DNA from: Alphaproteobacteria bacterium
GTDB taxonomy: Bacteria; Pseudomonadota; Alphaproteobacteria; UBA6615
NCBI GenBank assembly: GCA_965261975.1
Contig: CBDHEC010000056.1
Span: forward strand, 64,001 to 128,000
DNA: 64,000 bases
Direction of reading: 5' to 3'
Part shown: piece by piece, positions 61,114-64,000 of the stretch
Position numbering within the stretch: position 1 is the stretch's first letter
Layout of the letters: the number at the start of each line of letters is the position of its first letter
The notes under the pieces: model-generated
What the model was told of the DNA's origin: nothing
Seen by the model: only the letters and a program-made list of their open reading frames with translations
Database searches by the model: none
Program-made: the position numbers and the translations under genes

Positions 61114-61142
61114 AACTTAGTCAGGCGCCGGGTGAGTGTCAA
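61114..61142 (-). promoter_or_regulatory. Sigma70-type promoter for hpf-ptsN
   Basis: Minus strand TTGACA-N17-TAAGTT in the rpoN-hpf spacer. Confidence 0.6.
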
Positions 61143-61218
61143 TACGGGCGGTAGCCTGTATCAGCGAGATGGGAAGATGGGTCGATTTTTCAAGTAACAG
61201 TCTGGGACTAAACGAGAA

Positions 61219-62694
61219 TCACCCGGCGGCCCGTTTCATGCGCCGGCGTTCGACAGAAGACGGAATCTTTAGCGAATCCCGATACTTGGCGACAGTTCGC
61301 CGGGCTATTTCCACACCCTCGCCGCGCAACATATCCACAATCTTGTCGTCGGACAGAATGGACTTGGCGGATTCGTTGTCGATCAGCAGTTTGATCTTGT
61401 GACGTACCGATTCGGCCGAATGGGCCTCGCCGTCGGTCGTGCTGCCGATTGCCGTCGTGAAGAAATATTTGAGTTCGAACAATCCGCGCGGGGTCGCCAT
61501 GTACTTGTTCGTCGTGACACGGCTGATGGTGCTTTCATGCAGGCTGACGGATTCAGCGATGTCGGCCAGGATCAGCGGTTTCAGATGCGCCACGCCGAGA
61601 CGGAAGAATGCGTCCTGCTGGCGAATGATCTCGGTCGCGACTTTCAGGATGGTGCGCGCGCGCTGGTCCAGCGCCCGTACCAGCCAGTTGGCCGCCTGGT
61701 AACGTTCCTGCACGAACTCCTTGTCGTCCCTCTCGCGCGTGACGGCGTTGATCTCGGCGTAATAGGCCCGATTCACGAGCACCCGCGGCAGGGTGTCGTT
61801 GTTGAGCTCGATCTCCCAGCCGCCGCCTTGCTTGGGGCGCATCATCACGTCTGCCGTGATGTATTCGGTGCTCGCGTAATCGAATTCCGCTGCTGGGTTC
61901 GGGTCCAGCGTCTTCAGCTCCGCCAGCATGTCGACCAGATCTTCCTCATCCACGCCGCAGGCGCGGCGCAGGCCGGGCAGGTCGTGCTTGGTCAGGAGGT
62001 CGAGATTGTCGAGCATGGCGCGCATCGCGGGGTCGAGGCGGTCACGTTCGGCCAGCTGCAGGGCGAAACATTCGATCAGATCACGCGCGAAGACGCCGGT
62101 CGGCTCGAAGGCCTTCAGGGTTTCGAGGACCTCGTCCACGAGCGTGATTTCACAACCGAGCTGTTCGGCCATCTCCTCGGTCGAGGCCGTCAGGAAGCCG
62201 CGATCGTCGAGTGAATCGATCAGTGCGCGTCCGATCAGTCTGCGGGTCGGATCGGCGATCGACAGATCAAGCTGGTCGGTCAGATGCTCGCGCAGCGTCA
62301 CCTCGCTGGCCATCGTCTGGTCTATCCCGGGCAATGAATCGCTGTCGCCGCGCGGTGCGGGTGCGCCGGCGCCCGCCGCGCGGAAAGGGTCGTCCTGCAG
62401 GACATTCGTGTAATCGGTATCGAGGGGGGCTTCGTCCGACCCCAGGCTGTCGCTGCTGGTCAGGGTCGCGGCGTCACCGTCGTCGCCGGAATTGGTGGCC
62501 GCTTCGGCCGGAACGCTCTCGTCTTCAATAACCGCATCTTCGCGCTCGAGGAGTGGATTCTCCTCAAGTTCGGTTTCAACGAAGGCCGCCAGTTCAAGAT
62601 TTGACAGTTGCAACAGCTTGATCGCCTGCTGCAACTGCGGCGTCATGACCGGCGCCTGCGTCTGTCGGACGTCGAGACGCGTTGTCAGAGCCAT
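61219..62694 (-). CDS. rpoN: RNA polymerase sigma-54 factor
   Basis: MTPQLQQAIKLLQLS, HESTISR, LSDD, RpoN box ARRTVAKYR. Confidence 0.98.
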   Translation of the reverse strand: MALTTRLDVRQTQAPVMTPQLQQAIKLLQLSNLELAAFVETELEENPLLEREDAVIEDESVPAEAATNSGDDGDAATLTSSDSLGSDEAPLDTDYTNVLQDDPFRAAGAGAPAPRGDSDSLPGIDQTMASEVTLREHLTDQLDLSIADPTRRLIGRALIDSLDDRGFLTASTEEMAEQLGCEITLVDEVLETLKAFEPTGVFARDLIECFALQLAERDRLDPAMRAMLDNLDLLTKHDLPGLRRACGVDEEDLVDMLAELKTLDPNPAAEFDYASTEYITADVMMRPKQGGGWEIELNNDTLPRVLVNRAYYAEINAVTRERDDKEFVQERYQAANWLVRALDQRARTILKVATEIIRQQDAFFRLGVAHLKPLILADIAESVSLHESTISRVTTNKYMATPRGLFELKYFFTTAIGSTTDGEAHSAESVRHKIKLLIDNESAKSILSDDKIVDMLRGEGVEIARRTVAKYRDSLKIPSSVERRRMKRAAG

Positions 62695-62706
62695 GGTTAA
62701 CGTCTT

Positions 62707-63492
62707 CTACAGACTGAATCTTTCGCCAAGGTAAACACGTCTTACATCGGCATGGGATACGATTTCGGACGGTGCGCCGCTCATCAGAACGGTGCCCTCA
62801 TGCAAGATATATGCCCGATCGACGATATCCAAGGTCTCACGTACATTATGATCGGTAATTAATACACCGATACCGCGGTCCTTGAGGTGGCTGACGAGGT
62901 CGCGGATGTCGGCCACCGCGATGGGATCGATGCCGGCGAGGGGCTCATCAAGCAGGATGAAATGCGGCTGGCTGGCCAGCGCGCGGGCGATCTCGACGCG
63001 TCGGCGTTCACCGCCCGACAGGGCCAGCGCCGGCGTGCGGCGCAGGTGGCTGATCGAGAATTCGGCCAGCAGGTCGTCGAGCATGGCCTCGCGCCGGTCG
63101 CGCTCGGGTTCGATCACTTCGAGGACCGAGCGGATATTCTGCTCGACCGACAGACCCCGGAAAATGGACGCTTCCTGCGGCAGATAGCCCACGCCAAGGC
63201 GTGCGCGCCGGTACATCGGGAGTTCGGTGATGTTGTGCCCGTCGAGGGAGATCGAGCCCGCGTCGGCGGTGAGGAGGCCGGTGATAATGTAGAAGCAGGT
63301 CGTCTTGCCCGCGCCGTTCGGCCCCAGCAGACCCACCGCTTCGCCCTGTTTGACGACCAGCGACACATCCCTGATGACCGGGCGCTTGCGGAAACGCTTG
63401 CCGATATTGCGGACGACCAGCCCCTCATTGCTGGAGACCAGCCGCGGCTTTCCGTCGGCGCCGATGTCACGTGGGGATGTTTGGTCCGTCAT
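62707..63492 (-). CDS. lptB: LPS export ABC transporter ATP-binding protein
   Basis: GPNGAGKTT, YLPQE.SIFR, LSGGERRR, LDEP.AG.DP, TDHNVRETL. Confidence 0.97.
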   Translation of the reverse strand: MTDQTSPRDIGADGKPRLVSSNEGLVVRNIGKRFRKRPVIRDVSLVVKQGEAVGLLGPNGAGKTTCFYIITGLLTADAGSISLDGHNITELPMYRRARLGVGYLPQEASIFRGLSVEQNIRSVLEVIEPERDRREAMLDDLLAEFSISHLRRTPALALSGGERRRVEIARALASQPHFILLDEPLAGIDPIAVADIRDLVSHLKDRGIGVLITDHNVRETLDIVDRAYILHEGTVLMSGAPSEIVSHADVRRVYLGERFSL

Positions 63493-64000
63493 TGGTTTCC
63501 ACTTGATCCCGGGTTGAACGGGCTTTTGGCCTTGGGAAGAAAAAGTCCGCGCACCCTTTCGCCCGACGGCGAAGAGAGCAGACGACTCTCACCCGTCTCC
63601 AAATTAACCTCTGCGCGCTCACCGTTCAATTGGGTGTCTCCGCGGGTGATCTTGACATTGCCCGTCACCGTGGCGATGCCCCGTGCGGGATCATAGTCGC
63701 CTTTCTCGGCGCGCACGATATCGGTCGGGGTCGAAACCAGGACATTGCCCACAGCATCAATGCGGTTCATCTCGGCCTGCTGGTTGCCCTCGCCGAAATG
63801 CGCGGTCAGCACGTCGGCGCGCACCCGACGATCGCCTCGAACGGCCAGCGCATCACCCCGCGCGACGGCCAGTTGCTGCGTCTCGTGATACTCCAGGCTG
63901 TCTCGCGCGGTGATGGTGTCTTCCGCGGTATCCAGTCGGATGTTGTCTCCGGTCATTACCAAAACGCCGCTGTCGATGTCGTAGACCGCCTTGTCGGATC
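63489..64000 (-). CDS. lptA: LptA/OstA-family LPS transport protein (5' part outside the window)
   Basis: Beta-jellyroll-like repeats, TGNVKITRG, G....VNL.TG, RVRG; directly upstream of lptB. Confidence 0.8.
   Translation of the reverse strand, partial: SDKAVYDIDSGVLVMTGDNIRLDTAEDTITARDSLEYHETQQLAVARGDALAVRGDRRVRADVLTAHFGEGNQQAEMNRIDAVGNVLVSTPTDIVRAEKGDYDPARGIATVTGNVKITRGDTQLNGERAEVNLETGESRLLSSPSGERVRGLFLPKAKSPFNPGSSGNQ

Overview
GC-rich alphaproteobacterial chromosome segment, Rhodospirillales-like by gene order (inference). 1-26.7 kb and 59-64 kb are core synteny: ahcY-divL-tsaE-addB-addA-trxA; aroA-cmk-rpsA-sppA-ihfB-...-pyrF-trpFBA-accD-folC; tRNA-Ala(GGC); hsp20; lptA-lptB-rpoN-hpf-ptsN. 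26.7-59 kb is accessory. It holds a collapsed defence island at tRNA-Ala (AIPR gene, a PLD-domain gene cut by an IS3 element), a CrbS/CrbR-type two-component pair, an AT-rich islet and many catabolic/redox genes. Best leads: (1) a DsbA/FrnE selenoprotein missed by the ORF track (in-frame TGA in U-P-W-C plus a SECIS-like hairpin); (2) an operon of TIGR04283/TIGR04282-like transferases, a radical SAM/SPASM enzyme, a kinase and a YnjBC-type transporter lacking its ATPase; (3) a stand-alone radical SAM enzyme resembling tetraether synthase (Tes/GDGT-MAS); (4) a MORC-type GHKL ATPase-HEPN gene split by one in-frame TAG. Also seen: a ROSE-like thermometer, a candidate sRNA and two frameshifted genes that may be sequencing errors. 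All family calls come from motif recognition by eye; no database search was run.
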